This document shows positions 40,448-50,553 of a DNA stretch of 62,952 nt, piece by piece. The translations under genes were made by a program, and so were the position numbers. Every line of letters starts with the position of its first letter. The first letter of the stretch is position 1. The DNA comes from Desulfobacterales bacterium. GTDB lineage: Bacteria > Desulfobacterota > Desulfobacteria > Desulfobacterales > UBA5616. The DNA lies in contig JAWODC010000021.1 in NCBI GenBank assembly GCA_046483495.1, positions 1-62,952 of the forward strand, written 5' to 3'. The notes beneath the pieces were generated by a model. The model saw only the letters and a program-made list of their open reading frames with translations, ran no database searches and had not been told where the DNA came from.

Positions 40448-41492
40448 ATAAAAATCGGGAAAATATGGACGTCTCCCAGAAGCGGTGGTTGAACAGCTTG
40501 CCCCCGGGCGTAAGCTCATACAATGCATCCGCCGCCATCAGCACCACGGCATTGGTCCATGTCATTTTATCCTCAGGCCAGACCGTGATGTCCGGACAGG
40601 TGAAACCGCACCAGAACGAATTGTCGTCAAAGGTGCGGTTCTGTATCCAGTTGAATACAATTCCGGCAAGATTGGTGTTTCCCATGGCTGACAACGCCAG
40701 GCACAATTCAGAGGTTTCCGCAACGGTAACCCACGGCTGATCCGACACACACCGCACCCCCTGGTCCTCGAAGACAAACTTCCGCCAGTACTTTTTGATC
40801 CTGCGCTGGGCTTCCGCACCTGTGACGGCGCCCGCCAGTATGGGATAAAACCAATCCATGGAGAACCTCGACTTGGTCATATTGAAAAGATGAGGCTTGT
40901 GCCGAATGGCATCTCCAAGTTTGTGAAGGGCTGTACGCCATTGCGGCCGTTGATAGCCGAGCAGGCCGGACAGAACCAGGGCGCACTTCACACTCATATA
41001 TACGGAGCTCGAGCCCGTCAACAGGGCTATCGGGTCTGTCCGTCCGGTCGGATTTTTGGCCCAATAGATTTCACCTTCCGGTGTCTGAAGACTCAGGGCG
41101 AAAGTGATCCCCCTTTCGAGCGTGTCCCACATTTCCCTGATAAAGGGCCAGTCACCGGTAACGAGAAAATAATGAAGCAAACCAACAGCGATATATGAAC
41201 TCATGTTCGTGTCATGGGTTCTATCATCCGGCTCTCCATTGCGATAGGACGCATACCAGCTCCCGTCCGAAAGTTGATTGTCCCTGAGCCAGAAAAAGGC
41301 CTGCCTGGAGGCTTCGTAATGTCCGCCGATCGTCAACCCCATGGCCGCTTCAACATGATCCCAGGGGTCCGTCTTTTCTCCTTCGGCCCAGGGGATTTCG
41401 CCGTTTTTTTTCTGAGTTTTCGCGATTACCGATGAAACCGAAAATACATCGACAGCAAGTTCATTTTTACTCTTTAAGGGGCTCTGTTTCAT
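40446..41492 (-). CDS. Prenyltransferase/squalene-cyclase-repeat (alpha/alpha barrel) protein
   Basis: QW-like repeats (NQLSDGSW, DDNSFW), DPWDHVEAAMGL, RFSMDWFYP. Confidence 0.75.
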   Translation of the reverse strand: MKQSPLKSKNELAVDVFSVSSVIAKTQKKNGEIPWAEGEKTDPWDHVEAAMGLTIGGHYEASRQAFFWLRDNQLSDGSWYASYRNGEPDDRTHDTNMSSYIAVGLLHYFLVTGDWPFIREMWDTLERGITFALSLQTPEGEIYWAKNPTGRTDPIALLTGSSSVYMSVKCALVLSGLLGYQRPQWRTALHKLGDAIRHKPHLFNMTKSRFSMDWFYPILAGAVTGAEAQRRIKKYWRKFVFEDQGVRCVSDQPWVTVAETSELCLALSAMGNTNLAGIVFNWIQNRTFDDNSFWCGFTCPDITVWPEDKMTWTNAVVLMAADALYELTPGGKLFNHRFWETSIFSRFL

Positions 41493-41883
41493 GATTTTGA
41501 CCTTTTTTATATGATAAGCAGCTTCTGCAAGCCATCCTGCAAAGCCTCCAATACCGATCCGGCATCGCAGACCTCTTACACAGGCTTATAATCGTCAAGA
41601 TGACGTGTTTTTCTCATCCATTCGCGGCTTGCCCTGATGTGATCTCCTAATTTTTCGAGTCGGTCTTGCTCTGGCGAGGCATTCAAAAAATGATGCTCGA
41701 ATTTGCGGCATGCAAATGGAGATTATTTAAAACAAATTTCAATTGTTTTCAACTCTTAATTCAACTTTTCCTTTCATATCAACCGCAGAGCGGCAAGGGG
41801 ATATCATTGCCGGGAAAGTGACAAAACAGCTCTGTCATGAACCCCATTTTCATTCAATACTTGAAATCAGGCGCAAATAATTT

Positions 41884-41912
41884 GTAAACAAAAGATGAAA
41901 CGGTTTCGTCTA
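41884..41912 (+). promoter_or_regulatory. ECF-type autoregulatory promoter
   Basis: GTAAAC-N17-CGTCTA upstream of the ECF sigma gene; matches the common AAC/CGT ECF pattern. Confidence 0.55.
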
Positions 41913-41968
41913 CGTTAACACATCGGAGATGAACGGACCTGCTTTAGTGGTGTGCGCTGATAATCCTA

Positions 41969-42613
41969 ATGGAAACGGTAATGAACGCCATGGCCCGGTT
42001 GAGAGTATATGACCCGGTGAAAGACCCGGCCCTGAAAATGGAAGTACTGATCCTGGAAGCCATCGAGGGGAGCAGAGAGGCATTTGAACGACTGATGGAC
42101 ATGTTTCACCGGGACATATTCAGAATGGTATTTTTCAGGATCAGATCGCAAATGGATGCTGAAGATATCACCCAGGACGTTTTTCTCCAGGCGTTCAAAC
42201 ATATCGGCGGACTGAAAAAGATAGAACATTTCAAGGCGTGGCTGTATCGAATCGCCGTCAATAAAACCAGGGATTATTATCGAAAGAAAAAGCTGCGATC
42301 TTTGATCTCTTTTTTTTCCGAGAATGACGAAACCGGCGACAACAGCCGTGAAATTTTTGAGTCTGCACTCCAGGATCCCTTGAAGGATACAATCAATAAA
42401 GAGTTCTGGCATCAATTTTCCGTATCTTTAGACCGGCTGTCCAAGCTGGAAAAAGAAGTGTTCCTGCTCAGGTTTATCGATCAACTCGGCCTTAATGAAA
42501 TTGCCCGGACATTGTCAAAAAGCGAGAGCACCATTAAAACAAGCTTGTACCGAGCTCTTGCCAAAATCAGAAAAGACAAGGACTTGAAACGTTTTTGCAG
42601 TATGGAATCCTGA
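41969..42613 (+). CDS. ECF RNA polymerase sigma factor
   Basis: DAEDITQDVF, FKAWLYRIAVN, EIARTL..TIKTSLYRA. Confidence 0.94.
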   Translation: METVMNAMARLRVYDPVKDPALKMEVLILEAIEGSREAFERLMDMFHRDIFRMVFFRIRSQMDAEDITQDVFLQAFKHIGGLKKIEHFKAWLYRIAVNKTRDYYRKKKLRSLISFFSENDETGDNSREIFESALQDPLKDTINKEFWHQFSVSLDRLSKLEKEVFLLRFIDQLGLNEIARTLSKSESTIKTSLYRALAKIRKDKDLKRFCSMES

Positions 42614-42615
42614 CC

Positions 42616-43179
42616 ATGAAAACAAAAAAGCATCTTGACGAAGATCAAATATTATGGGCAATCACCGATGAGACCCGTCTTTCCGACGACGTGCGGCGAC
42701 ACCTTTCTAAATGCCCCGTCTGTCGGAATCAAAAAGTAGAAATGGAAAGGGATATCAGCAACTTGGGAGAAACGGCCCGCCGGCTCTGTCCACCGCCGAA
42801 GACCCGGCCGAGCCTCGAGCCGTTTGCCGGCAGATCCATTCGGTGGCGGTCGATGTCCGCAATGGCGGTTTCAATTCTCCTGGTGGCGCTGGTCGGCATT
42901 TGGGCGATGCCCGATGCGCCGGTCACGGATATCGACGGTATGCATACGGCCGGCGTTTACGGATGGGAGGACGAAATGTTCATGCGGGAAGTTGCGCAGC
43001 TTTCGGAAAATCCTTTTCCTGTTGGAGCCGGGCTGATTCCGGTATTCAAGGACAATATCGAGGATTACTATCTGGAATTTCTCGTACCGGCCAGGAGTGA
43101 AAACCCCGTCTCCAAATATCCATCTGCCGGTATACCCCATATCGCGCGGTCAGGCCCGGAAGCGCCCACGTTCGGTTAA
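42616..43179 (+). CDS. Probable zinc-finger (ZAS) anti-sigma factor
   Basis: HLSKCPVC (HxxxCxxC), single TM, directly after the ECF sigma. Confidence 0.75.
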   Translation: MKTKKHLDEDQILWAITDETRLSDDVRRHLSKCPVCRNQKVEMERDISNLGETARRLCPPPKTRPSLEPFAGRSIRWRSMSAMAVSILLVALVGIWAMPDAPVTDIDGMHTAGVYGWEDEMFMREVAQLSENPFPVGAGLIPVFKDNIEDYYLEFLVPARSENPVSKYPSAGIPHIARSGPEAPTFG

Positions 43180-43216
43180 TCGCGACAATCGAAACCTCTG
43201 GAAGGGTTACCGCCTT

Positions 43217-43289
43217 ACGCATTTTGAGGATTAACATTTTCCGGTCAACGAAGAAATGGAGTGAATCAGCCATTTCCGGATGGGCACTA
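43217..43289. repeat. Right half of the MITE-like element
   Basis: acgcattttgaggattaacattttccggtcaacgaagaaatggagtgaatcagccatttccggatgggcacta closely matches 27249-27322. Confidence 0.75.
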
Positions 43290-43318
43290 ATGAGTCATAT
43301 CGATAAAGGAGGTATAAC

Positions 43319-43762
43319 ATGCCGAAAAAATGGATCATGCCGATGTTGCTGTTGATATTCGTATCGATCCCCTACTCCGCCGGGGCACAGGATATGCCTC
43401 CCGGAAGATGGTGGAAGGACCCCAAAGTGGTGAAGGATCTTGATTTATCCGAATCCCAGGTATCCCGGTTGGATGAGGCATTTCAGGAAAGCCGCAGAAA
43501 TCTGATTCGGCTCAAAGGCGAATTGGAATCCCATCGGTTTGAACTCGAAACGCTTCTGGAATCAGAAACGCTCGATAAATCGGCAATACAAAGCCGTTAT
43601 GAAAAACTTGAAAAAGCGAAGCAGGCATTGGGGAGGGAAATATTTCAGTTCATCGTCGAGATTCGAAAGATCGTCGGCCCTGAAAAATTCAGCCGGATAA
43701 AATCCGAGTTTTTTAAATTTCACCACAGCCGCTTCGGGAAAGACCGGTCGAAGCATCGATAA
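43319..43762 (+). CDS. Periplasmic Spy/CpxP/heavy-metal-sensor family protein
   Basis: Signal peptide, GRWW..LDLSESQ helical pattern; AAAGGAGGT RBS. Confidence 0.8.
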   Translation: MPKKWIMPMLLLIFVSIPYSAGAQDMPPGRWWKDPKVVKDLDLSESQVSRLDEAFQESRRNLIRLKGELESHRFELETLLESETLDKSAIQSRYEKLEKAKQALGREIFQFIVEIRKIVGPEKFSRIKSEFFKFHHSRFGKDRSKHR

Positions 43763-43840
43763 CGAACCCACGAAACAGGGGTATTCGATTCCTGCCTGAT
43801 CGAGCAGAATTAAAAAACATTCACCCGCCTTACCAACCCA

Positions 43841-43887
43841 TTTCCCGTCTCATCTTTTTTCTGAAGAGGTGACGGGATCTTTTTTTA
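43841..43887 (+). terminator. Intrinsic terminator
   Basis: tcccgtc...gacggga stem followed by a T-run. Confidence 0.55.
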
Positions 43888-43982
43888 CCGGTGAAAAGAA
43901 CGGTATTTGACCTTCCGACGATCATGTCCATAGCAGGGCGGTTTGGCAAAACCGGCTTCGAGACAGCGGGCGGTTTGGGTTG

Positions 43983-45449
43983 TCATTTTCCGGATCGAAG
44001 GGCCTGGGAAAGTTTTTCTCCCAATAAGCCCATGCCGCCCGATGAATCATCGGCAAATTTTTTCCAGTCCCGCTCACCCTGACGATCTCCCGGGGCGAGG
44101 GTCATTTTATGGTTTCGGGTGTCGATGGACTCCACGACCACCGTGATGGAAGCCCCTTCCTTCACGTTTTCGAGCGTCCGGGCCGAAGCGGCTTCCGAAA
44201 GTTTCGATTTCGGGATCAGACCGGTTACGCCGGGTTCCAGTTGAACGAAATACCCGAATGTTTCTTTTTTCTCGAGAATGCCGGAAAATGTGTTTCCAAC
44301 AATATATTTGGCTTCGGCGCCGACCCACGGATCCCCTTCGGCATCCTTGATGCTTAAGGAGATACGGCGCTGCTTCTCATCGATATCTTTAATCAGCACG
44401 GAAACGTTTTCCCCCGGTCGCACGACATCTTCAGCTTTTCTCACCCGTTTTAAATAGCTCATTTCACTCAGATGGACCAGCCCCTCCACACCGGGCGCAA
44501 GTTCAACGAAGGCCCCGAAGGGTGCGCACCGGGTAACGGTTCCCACAAGCTTATCCCCCGGCTTGAATCGGGTCGGGGCACTCTCCCATGGGTCACGCGT
44601 CAATTGCTTGAGTGACAGTGAGATTCTGGGGCCTTTTGGATCATCCAAAATATCAAGAACCTTGACGGTTACTTCTTCCCCTTTTTTTAGCAGGTCTTCC
44701 GTTTTTTGTGTTTTCGACCAGCTTAGTTCGGAAATATGGGCCATTCCCTCCACACCCGGAATCAATTCGATAAAAGCGCCGTAAGGCATCACGTTTGAAA
44801 CCTTTCCGTGAAGAACGGCGCCCTTTTCCAGGTGCTCGAAGAATTCCTCCCTTGCTTTTTTGCGTTCCGCTTCCAGAATTTTGCGCCGGGATAAAACGAT
44901 GTTTCTGCCGTTTTCCTCCAGTTGCGTGATTAAAAACGGATAACGCTCGCCGACATAGTCATCGGGCTTATCGACGTATTTCGCATCGATCTGGCTGATG
45001 GGGCAAAATGCCCTTCTTTTCAGGATTTCGACGACGAATCCGCCTTTGCAGGGTTCCGTCACCTTCCCCTCGACCGGCATGCTTCCGTGATAGGCCTCCC
45101 GCAAAAGATTCAATCCGCCGATGCCGGATACGGCCTTTGAAAGTTTGATTTCCGCTTCTTCAACAGCCATGACATACAATTCGATCTCGTCACCCTTTTG
45201 ATAGGGAAGACGGCCGTTTTCGTCCAGCAGCTCTTCGGTTTCCACAATTCCGTCGATCTTCGAGCGGGTATCGACAAAAATGTTCTCTTTTCCGATCGAA
45301 ATAATTTTACCCCGAACTTTATCGCCGACCTGCAGAACCCGATCTGCTCCTCCGCCATATGCGTCGAGCAGTTCGGCAAAACTTTCCGTTTCCTCTTCCA
45401 TATCGCCGTTAAAGGCGAAATCCTCAGGTCTTGAATTCATCTCCCACAA
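43983..45449 (-). CDS. rpsA: Ribosomal protein S1-family multi-S1-domain protein
   Basis: SFAELL N-terminus; about five S1 repeats (YGAFIEL..GVEG..HISELSW). Confidence 0.8.
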   Translation of the reverse strand: MWEMNSRPEDFAFNGDMEEETESFAELLDAYGGGADRVLQVGDKVRGKIISIGKENIFVDTRSKIDGIVETEELLDENGRLPYQKGDEIELYVMAVEEAEIKLSKAVSGIGGLNLLREAYHGSMPVEGKVTEPCKGGFVVEILKRRAFCPISQIDAKYVDKPDDYVGERYPFLITQLEENGRNIVLSRRKILEAERKKAREEFFEHLEKGAVLHGKVSNVMPYGAFIELIPGVEGMAHISELSWSKTQKTEDLLKKGEEVTVKVLDILDDPKGPRISLSLKQLTRDPWESAPTRFKPGDKLVGTVTRCAPFGAFVELAPGVEGLVHLSEMSYLKRVRKAEDVVRPGENVSVLIKDIDEKQRRISLSIKDAEGDPWVGAEAKYIVGNTFSGILEKKETFGYFVQLEPGVTGLIPKSKLSEAASARTLENVKEGASITVVVESIDTRNHKMTLAPGDRQGERDWKKFADDSSGGMGLLGEKLSQALRSGK

Positions 45450-45476
45450 CTCCCGGCCCCGCAGGACCGCTTTTTT

Positions 45477-45668
45477 TTAAGAATGCATAACCCTCATCAA
45501 GATGGGCACCAACACGATTATAAGAAGAACGATAACGCCCGGTACGGTTAGATAAACCGCATACCAGGGTTTTCCTTCCCGCCGGCTCCTTCTTGCCTCG
45601 GACAAAAACCAATTGCCCATAATTACGGCGGCGATCAGAACAGCCGCCGCGCGTAAGAGTTCAACCAC
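45477..45668 (-). CDS. Small two-TM membrane protein
   Basis: GGAGG RBS, GTG start, 63 aa with two hydrophobic segments. Confidence 0.55.
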   Translation of the reverse strand: MVELLRAAAVLIAAVIMGNWFLSEARRSRREGKPWYAVYLTVPGVIVLLIIVLVPILMRVMHS

Positions 45669-45977
45669 CTTTGCTTCCTCCAATTCGTAAAACGTCCAAG
45701 AGCCGGCAGCGCCATTGAAGCCCGCTTTGCAATTCCTGAAAAATCCATGTCTTTCATACGTCACGCATAAATGGATCAGCATTTTTGCGGACAGGCCCCT
45801 GCCTGCTCTTTGGTATTGCTTCGCATCAGGCCTGCCGCCGTTTTACCGGCCCTGATTTTCATTCCTTATATGGATGAAAATGAAATTCGTGTCAAAGATA
45901 TTCGACAAACCGTTCACGTTCAGGAAAAAAGCGCCGAACGGCGAAAGCGGGAACATCGACTCGAGCCATATGCCGCT

Positions 45978-47207
45978 TTATTCAGGATTCGGCAAGCCGG
46001 CATCTCCACTGCAAATACGGTTAGTGGCCGATCTCGGAACCGTGATTTCTACCGATGTTCCCTTGCCGGGCTTTGAAAAAATGTCGAATGTCGCGTCGAT
46101 TGAATGGGCCCTTTCTTTCATGGATATAAGTCCCCATCCCGTTTTTTTAAAAACGGCCTCCGCCGAATCAGACAACGGCAGCTCAAATCCAATTCCATTA
46201 TCTGAAATCACCAGTTTTATTTCATTCTCCAAACGATAAAAGAAAACATCCACTCGACCGGCACCGGCATGCTTGGCGATATTGGTCATGGCTTCCTGAG
46301 CGATTCGAAACAACTCCGTCTCTATCGAGGGGGCAAGCCGCATGCCGCCCAGTTCGTCATGAAGCGCAAACGCCGTTCCCGTTCTGGCGGAAAATGTCTT
46401 TCCATACACATCGATCGCGGAAACGATCCCGTAATCATCGAGCCCGACAGGCCTGAGCCGGGACATGACATCCCGAATGTGATCCGTGGTTTCTTCCACC
46501 AGACCTATCGAATCTTCCAACACCGCGCTGCCTTTTTCCGTCTCCGGCGGCAGAAAATCATACAACAGGTTCAAATTGATGTTCAGGGCCGTTAATTTTT
46601 GCCCTACCCGGTCATGCAGCTCCCTGGACAGATCCTTTCTGAGGTTCTCTTCCGTTTCTTTCAATCGAATCGACAACGCTCTCAGTCGGTGTTCCGAATC
46701 CACCAGCGCCTTCCGGGCACGGTTTCGGTCTTTGCGGACGGCGCGCTCGTCAATGATGCGCTTGGTCCTGATAATCAACTCGTTGCGCCGAAACGGTTTT
46801 TCAATAAAGTCATTTGCTCCTGCACCGATAATTGTGTCGAACGAGTAATTTCGGGCGTATCCGGTCATGACCAGAATACCGACATCGAATTCCTTTCTCA
46901 GCAGGGTTGTCAATTCGATGCCGTCAATTCCCGGCATAACGATATCCGTAATCACCACATCGAATCCCTGAGAATTCATATACGACAATGCCTCCTCACT
47001 GCAAGCCGCGGTTTTGCATTCATATCCGGCATTGTTCAACATACCGGTCGCCATTTTCCGTATGCCTCTTTCATCGTCCACCACCAGCGTGCGGCAACCC
47101 GTATCTCTCGAACAATCCATCGGCCCAGAACTCCTGTTTCGGCAATTTTTCGTGTCCGTTCGCAAATGACCGTTGTCAGCCCTAACATGTTCGTCATTTA
47201 CAATCAA
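45978..47207 (-). CDS. Hybrid receiver plus HisKA_3 (NarX-type) histidine kinase; start uncertain
   Basis: LVVDDE, TDIVMPGIDG, FIEKPF; RELHDRVGQ, FRIAQEAMTNIAKHA, DNGIGF. Confidence 0.9.
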   Translation of the reverse strand: MIVNDEHVRADNGHLRTDTKNCRNRSSGPMDCSRDTGCRTLVVDDERGIRKMATGMLNNAGYECKTAACSEEALSYMNSQGFDVVITDIVMPGIDGIELTTLLRKEFDVGILVMTGYARNYSFDTIIGAGANDFIEKPFRRNELIIRTKRIIDERAVRKDRNRARKALVDSEHRLRALSIRLKETEENLRKDLSRELHDRVGQKLTALNINLNLLYDFLPPETEKGSAVLEDSIGLVEETTDHIRDVMSRLRPVGLDDYGIVSAIDVYGKTFSARTGTAFALHDELGGMRLAPSIETELFRIAQEAMTNIAKHAGAGRVDVFFYRLENEIKLVISDNGIGFELPLSDSAEAVFKKTGWGLISMKERAHSIDATFDIFSKPGKGTSVEITVPRSATNRICSGDAGLPNPE

Positions 47208-47403
47208 ATCCGAAATCCCGGGTATGGGGCCGCATTTTCGGTAGTTTTTGATTTTTTCGTGAGACTTCGGTATGAAAGGATAAATTTTTATGAACCTTCA
47301 TCCGTAAATGTGAAAAAGGGCCGAATCGTTTTGAACCTCGCATGCCGTGGCATCCGAGCCTTATGTCCGAACAAACGTAACCCTATGTATCCGGAGCGGA
47401 ATA

Positions 47404-48645
47404 ATGAACATTCAATGCTCGCTGGGAATCCTGGTGTTTATAGGCGTTGCCCTGCTGATCAGTGAGAATCGAAAAAAGGTCAAGCCGCTGGTTATTCTGA
47501 CCGGTGTCGCCATTCAATTTGCGTTGGGGGTCCTGTTGTTGAAGCTTCCGTTTTTTCGAAATGTTTTTCTTATATTGAACAAAGTGGTGCTGCTTCTCGA
47601 GGAAAGCACGGTTGCCGGTACATCGTTTGTATTCGGCTATCTCGGCGGAGGGGAATTGCCCTTCGAGGAAATTTATCCCGGTGCTTCGTTCATCCTGGCC
47701 TTTAAAGCGCTTCCATTGATTCTTCTCATCAGTGCGCTTTCCTCCGTACTGTTTTACTGGAAGATACTGCCGCTCATCGTCCGGAGCTTTTCAAGGCTTC
47801 TCGAAAAAACGATGCATCTCGGCGGTGCTGAAGGATTGGGGGTGTCCGCGAATGTATTTGTCGGAATGGTTGAAGCCCCGCTGTTCATTGGTCCCTACAT
47901 CGGCCGCATGACACGAAGTGAATTGTTTTCCCTGATGACCTGCGGAATGGCAACGATTGCCGGTACCGTCATGATTCTATACGCCGGTATTCTAAGCCCG
48001 CTGATTCCGGATGTCATGGGGCATATTCTGACCGCCTCTATTATCAGTGTTCCCGCGGCTGTCGTTATCGCCAAGACCATCGTTCCTGAAACGGCCTCCC
48101 CAACAACCGGAGATTTTACCGCTCCAGAGAAGGCTGCAGGCACAATGGATGCCGTGACGAAAGGAACCCTTCAAGGTATTCAACTGCTGATCAACATCAT
48201 CGCGATGCTGGTGGTGCTGGTCGCCCTCGTTCATCTGGTCAATCTTGTACTTGCAATGCTGCCGAGTGTAAACGACCATCCGATAACCCTGCAGCGGCTG
48301 CTGGGATATATCATGGCCCCGGCTGTCTGGCTTATGGGGGTGCCTTGGTCCGAGTCAATCGATGCCGGCGAACTGATGGGAACCAAAACGGTACTAAACG
48401 AACTGCTGGCATATTTGGAAATGGCCCGCTTGGAGGAGGGAACCTTGAGCCCCAGAACACTTTTGATCTTGACCTATGCGATGTGCGGATTTGCCAATCC
48501 CGGAAGTCTGGGCATTATGATCGGCGGACTTGGGACAATGGCCCCGGATCGGCGCGATGAAATCGTGAGTCTGGGGTTTCGATCCATTGTTGCGGGAACG
48601 CTTGCCACCTGTATGACGGGTGCAATCGTGGGAATGATGCTTTGA
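47404..48645 (+). CDS. nupC: Concentrative nucleoside transporter (CNT family)
   Basis: ANVFVGMVEAPL, GMATIAG, KTVLNE, CGFANPGS. Confidence 0.92.
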   Translation: MNIQCSLGILVFIGVALLISENRKKVKPLVILTGVAIQFALGVLLLKLPFFRNVFLILNKVVLLLEESTVAGTSFVFGYLGGGELPFEEIYPGASFILAFKALPLILLISALSSVLFYWKILPLIVRSFSRLLEKTMHLGGAEGLGVSANVFVGMVEAPLFIGPYIGRMTRSELFSLMTCGMATIAGTVMILYAGILSPLIPDVMGHILTASIISVPAAVVIAKTIVPETASPTTGDFTAPEKAAGTMDAVTKGTLQGIQLLINIIAMLVVLVALVHLVNLVLAMLPSVNDHPITLQRLLGYIMAPAVWLMGVPWSESIDAGELMGTKTVLNELLAYLEMARLEEGTLSPRTLLILTYAMCGFANPGSLGIMIGGLGTMAPDRRDEIVSLGFRSIVAGTLATCMTGAIVGMML

Positions 48646-48646
48646 A

Positions 48647-49174
48647 TCAGGGGGGCGTCTTGAAAAAGGCCATATTCTGATCCAGAACCTGCTTGTACAA
48701 AAGCCCGACCAGAAAGACTTCGGGCTCATGCTCGAAGGTGGCGTAACAGTTAATGCCGTAAGGTGAATTATCCCCGATCTGCAGGGTTGTAAAAGCGTTT
48801 TCTCCTTTCAAACGGAACCCAAACTCGATTTCGGGTTCATCCAGTCCGTAGATCGACAGGTCGGTCGGATCGGCGGAAATTTCCCGAATATAGGCATAAT
48901 CAAAAACGGAAAACAAGGTTTCGACCCTGCTGTCCATCACGTCCTGTCGAACCGGGGAAGTCATCATCCAATTCTGGTCCGTTTTCCCGAAAACAAATAG
49001 ATCGTCTTCCGTTTTCAGCCTCACCTGCTCCACTTCCTTGGGGTCGACTGTTATGAGTTTATCCGGTTCAGGAACGGACTGCACCTCATCGGTCGAATTC
49101 AGTTCGAAAAAGTAGACGTATGACCCGAGAACAACAAATATAATCGATAAGGAGATTAGTGTTTTTGGCCTCAT
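48647..49174 (-). CDS. DUF4340-like membrane-anchored protein
   Basis: N-terminal TM, DLSIYGLDEP motif; follows the GldG-like gene. Confidence 0.75.
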   Translation of the reverse strand: MRPKTLISLSIIFVVLGSYVYFFELNSTDEVQSVPEPDKLITVDPKEVEQVRLKTEDDLFVFGKTDQNWMMTSPVRQDVMDSRVETLFSVFDYAYIREISADPTDLSIYGLDEPEIEFGFRLKGENAFTTLQIGDNSPYGINCYATFEHEPEVFLVGLLYKQVLDQNMAFFKTPP

Positions 49175-50553
49175 CCTCTGACCCTTCTGAAAATGGCGAG
49201 TAGTATACCGGTTATCAGGAAAACCGCCGGAAGAACGATCACTGAAACCTGGAACAGAACGCGTCCCTGGAAGTTGGTTAAAAATTGGTATGGGAATCCA
49301 AGCCGCTGCTGCCGTATCGAAATAAGGTCATAATCCCTTGCCAGCCACTCGGATACATTTAAAATGAGATCCTGATTTCCCATGACATCGAAAAAATCGT
49401 CGCTCGCAAAATCCGAATCCCCGAAACAGACCAATTCCGTTCCGGCGCTCCGGTCTTTTCCGGCTGCTTTCGACACTGTCGCCATGGCGGCGACCGGCAA
49501 CGGCCCCGGACGATCGATGCCTTCCTGATATTCAATTTTGCCGTTTAAAACATCTTTCCGGTCCGCTTCCGTCCAACTGTGGGCTTCGCTGGTGGCAAGC
49601 ACCATCAGTGAAATGCCGGCAAAGGGGCCGGAGGTGAGGCCTTCTAAAGGTCTGGCGGTCGAAAAAAAAGAGGGCATGCGTATCTGGTTGGTTATAGGGG
49701 CATTGGCATAATGTGGAATCAGGGGAGCCAGGTAATCCCCACCAAAAAGCTTGTTCTTGTGATCGATAATGATGGCGTCGGGCAATCCGATACGATACCC
49801 GGCGAGATAAGCGTAGAGGTTGGGCAAATCGACAAACGGTTCAACCATGACGATCGCCTTTCCGCCCTTTTTGAGATACCGGTCAAACAGCCTGATGTCG
49901 GTCTCGGAGAAATCCGACTCCGGTCCGGCAACCATCAAAACGGTGTTGTCCGGAAGAGGTCCGTCAGCGATTTCGCTGAGTACGGCGGGCAGAACAGCCC
50001 AATGTTCACGGGCAAGCACCTCTTTCAATTTTTCGAAATCCTTCCTTTCGCGATGCCCTTCAAGGACATAAAACGTTTTTTGGCGGGTGCCGGTCAATCG
50101 AATCAGTGCATTGACGACGGTTTCTTCAGTCGGGGGGTTGATGACATGGGTCCGATTTTTATATTCGACAATCGTATACCCCGGACTGGTGGCCTGATAC
50201 ATTCGGGCTTTGCCGGGATTCCGTTCGAGATCGATCAGCTCGTATTCAATTTTCGGTGTATAGGTCTGCAGAATCTCGTAAAACGTTGCATACTGTTTAC
50301 GTTCCCCTGTGGTGTAAAAGGTTCTCATGGTGACGGCGCTGTCCAGGGAATCCAGTATTTGCTTGGCCTGGTCGGAAAGGGTGTAATCTTTGCCCGGTGT
50401 GAGGTCCACGGCCTCATTGTGGTTGAAGGCGATAATCTCGACACATATAAAGATGCCTAAAACCAGCGCACAGCCTAAAAGGATATTTCCCCAGACGCCT
50501 ACGGTTCTGAAGCCTATGCGGAATTTCGGCGCCATCACTTCACCCCTTTCCAT
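49171..50553 (-). CDS. GldG-like ABC auxiliary protein
   Basis: DLTPGKDYTLS, GHRE, GDSDF, N..WL; TM at both ends. Confidence 0.85.
   Translation of the reverse strand: MERGEVMAPKFRIGFRTVGVWGNILLGCALVLGIFICVEIIAFNHNEAVDLTPGKDYTLSDQAKQILDSLDSAVTMRTFYTTGERKQYATFYEILQTYTPKIEYELIDLERNPGKARMYQATSPGYTIVEYKNRTHVINPPTEETVVNALIRLTGTRQKTFYVLEGHRERKDFEKLKEVLAREHWAVLPAVLSEIADGPLPDNTVLMVAGPESDFSETDIRLFDRYLKKGGKAIVMVEPFVDLPNLYAYLAGYRIGLPDAIIIDHKNKLFGGDYLAPLIPHYANAPITNQIRMPSFFSTARPLEGLTSGPFAGISLMVLATSEAHSWTEADRKDVLNGKIEYQEGIDRPGPLPVAAMATVSKAAGKDRSAGTELVCFGDSDFASDDFFDVMGNQDLILNVSEWLARDYDLISIRQQRLGFPYQFLTNFQGRVLFQVSVIVLPAVFLITGILLAIFRRVRG

Noticed and set aside
40446..41492. Squalene-hopene cyclase
   Set aside because: About half the expected length and lacks the DxDD motif.
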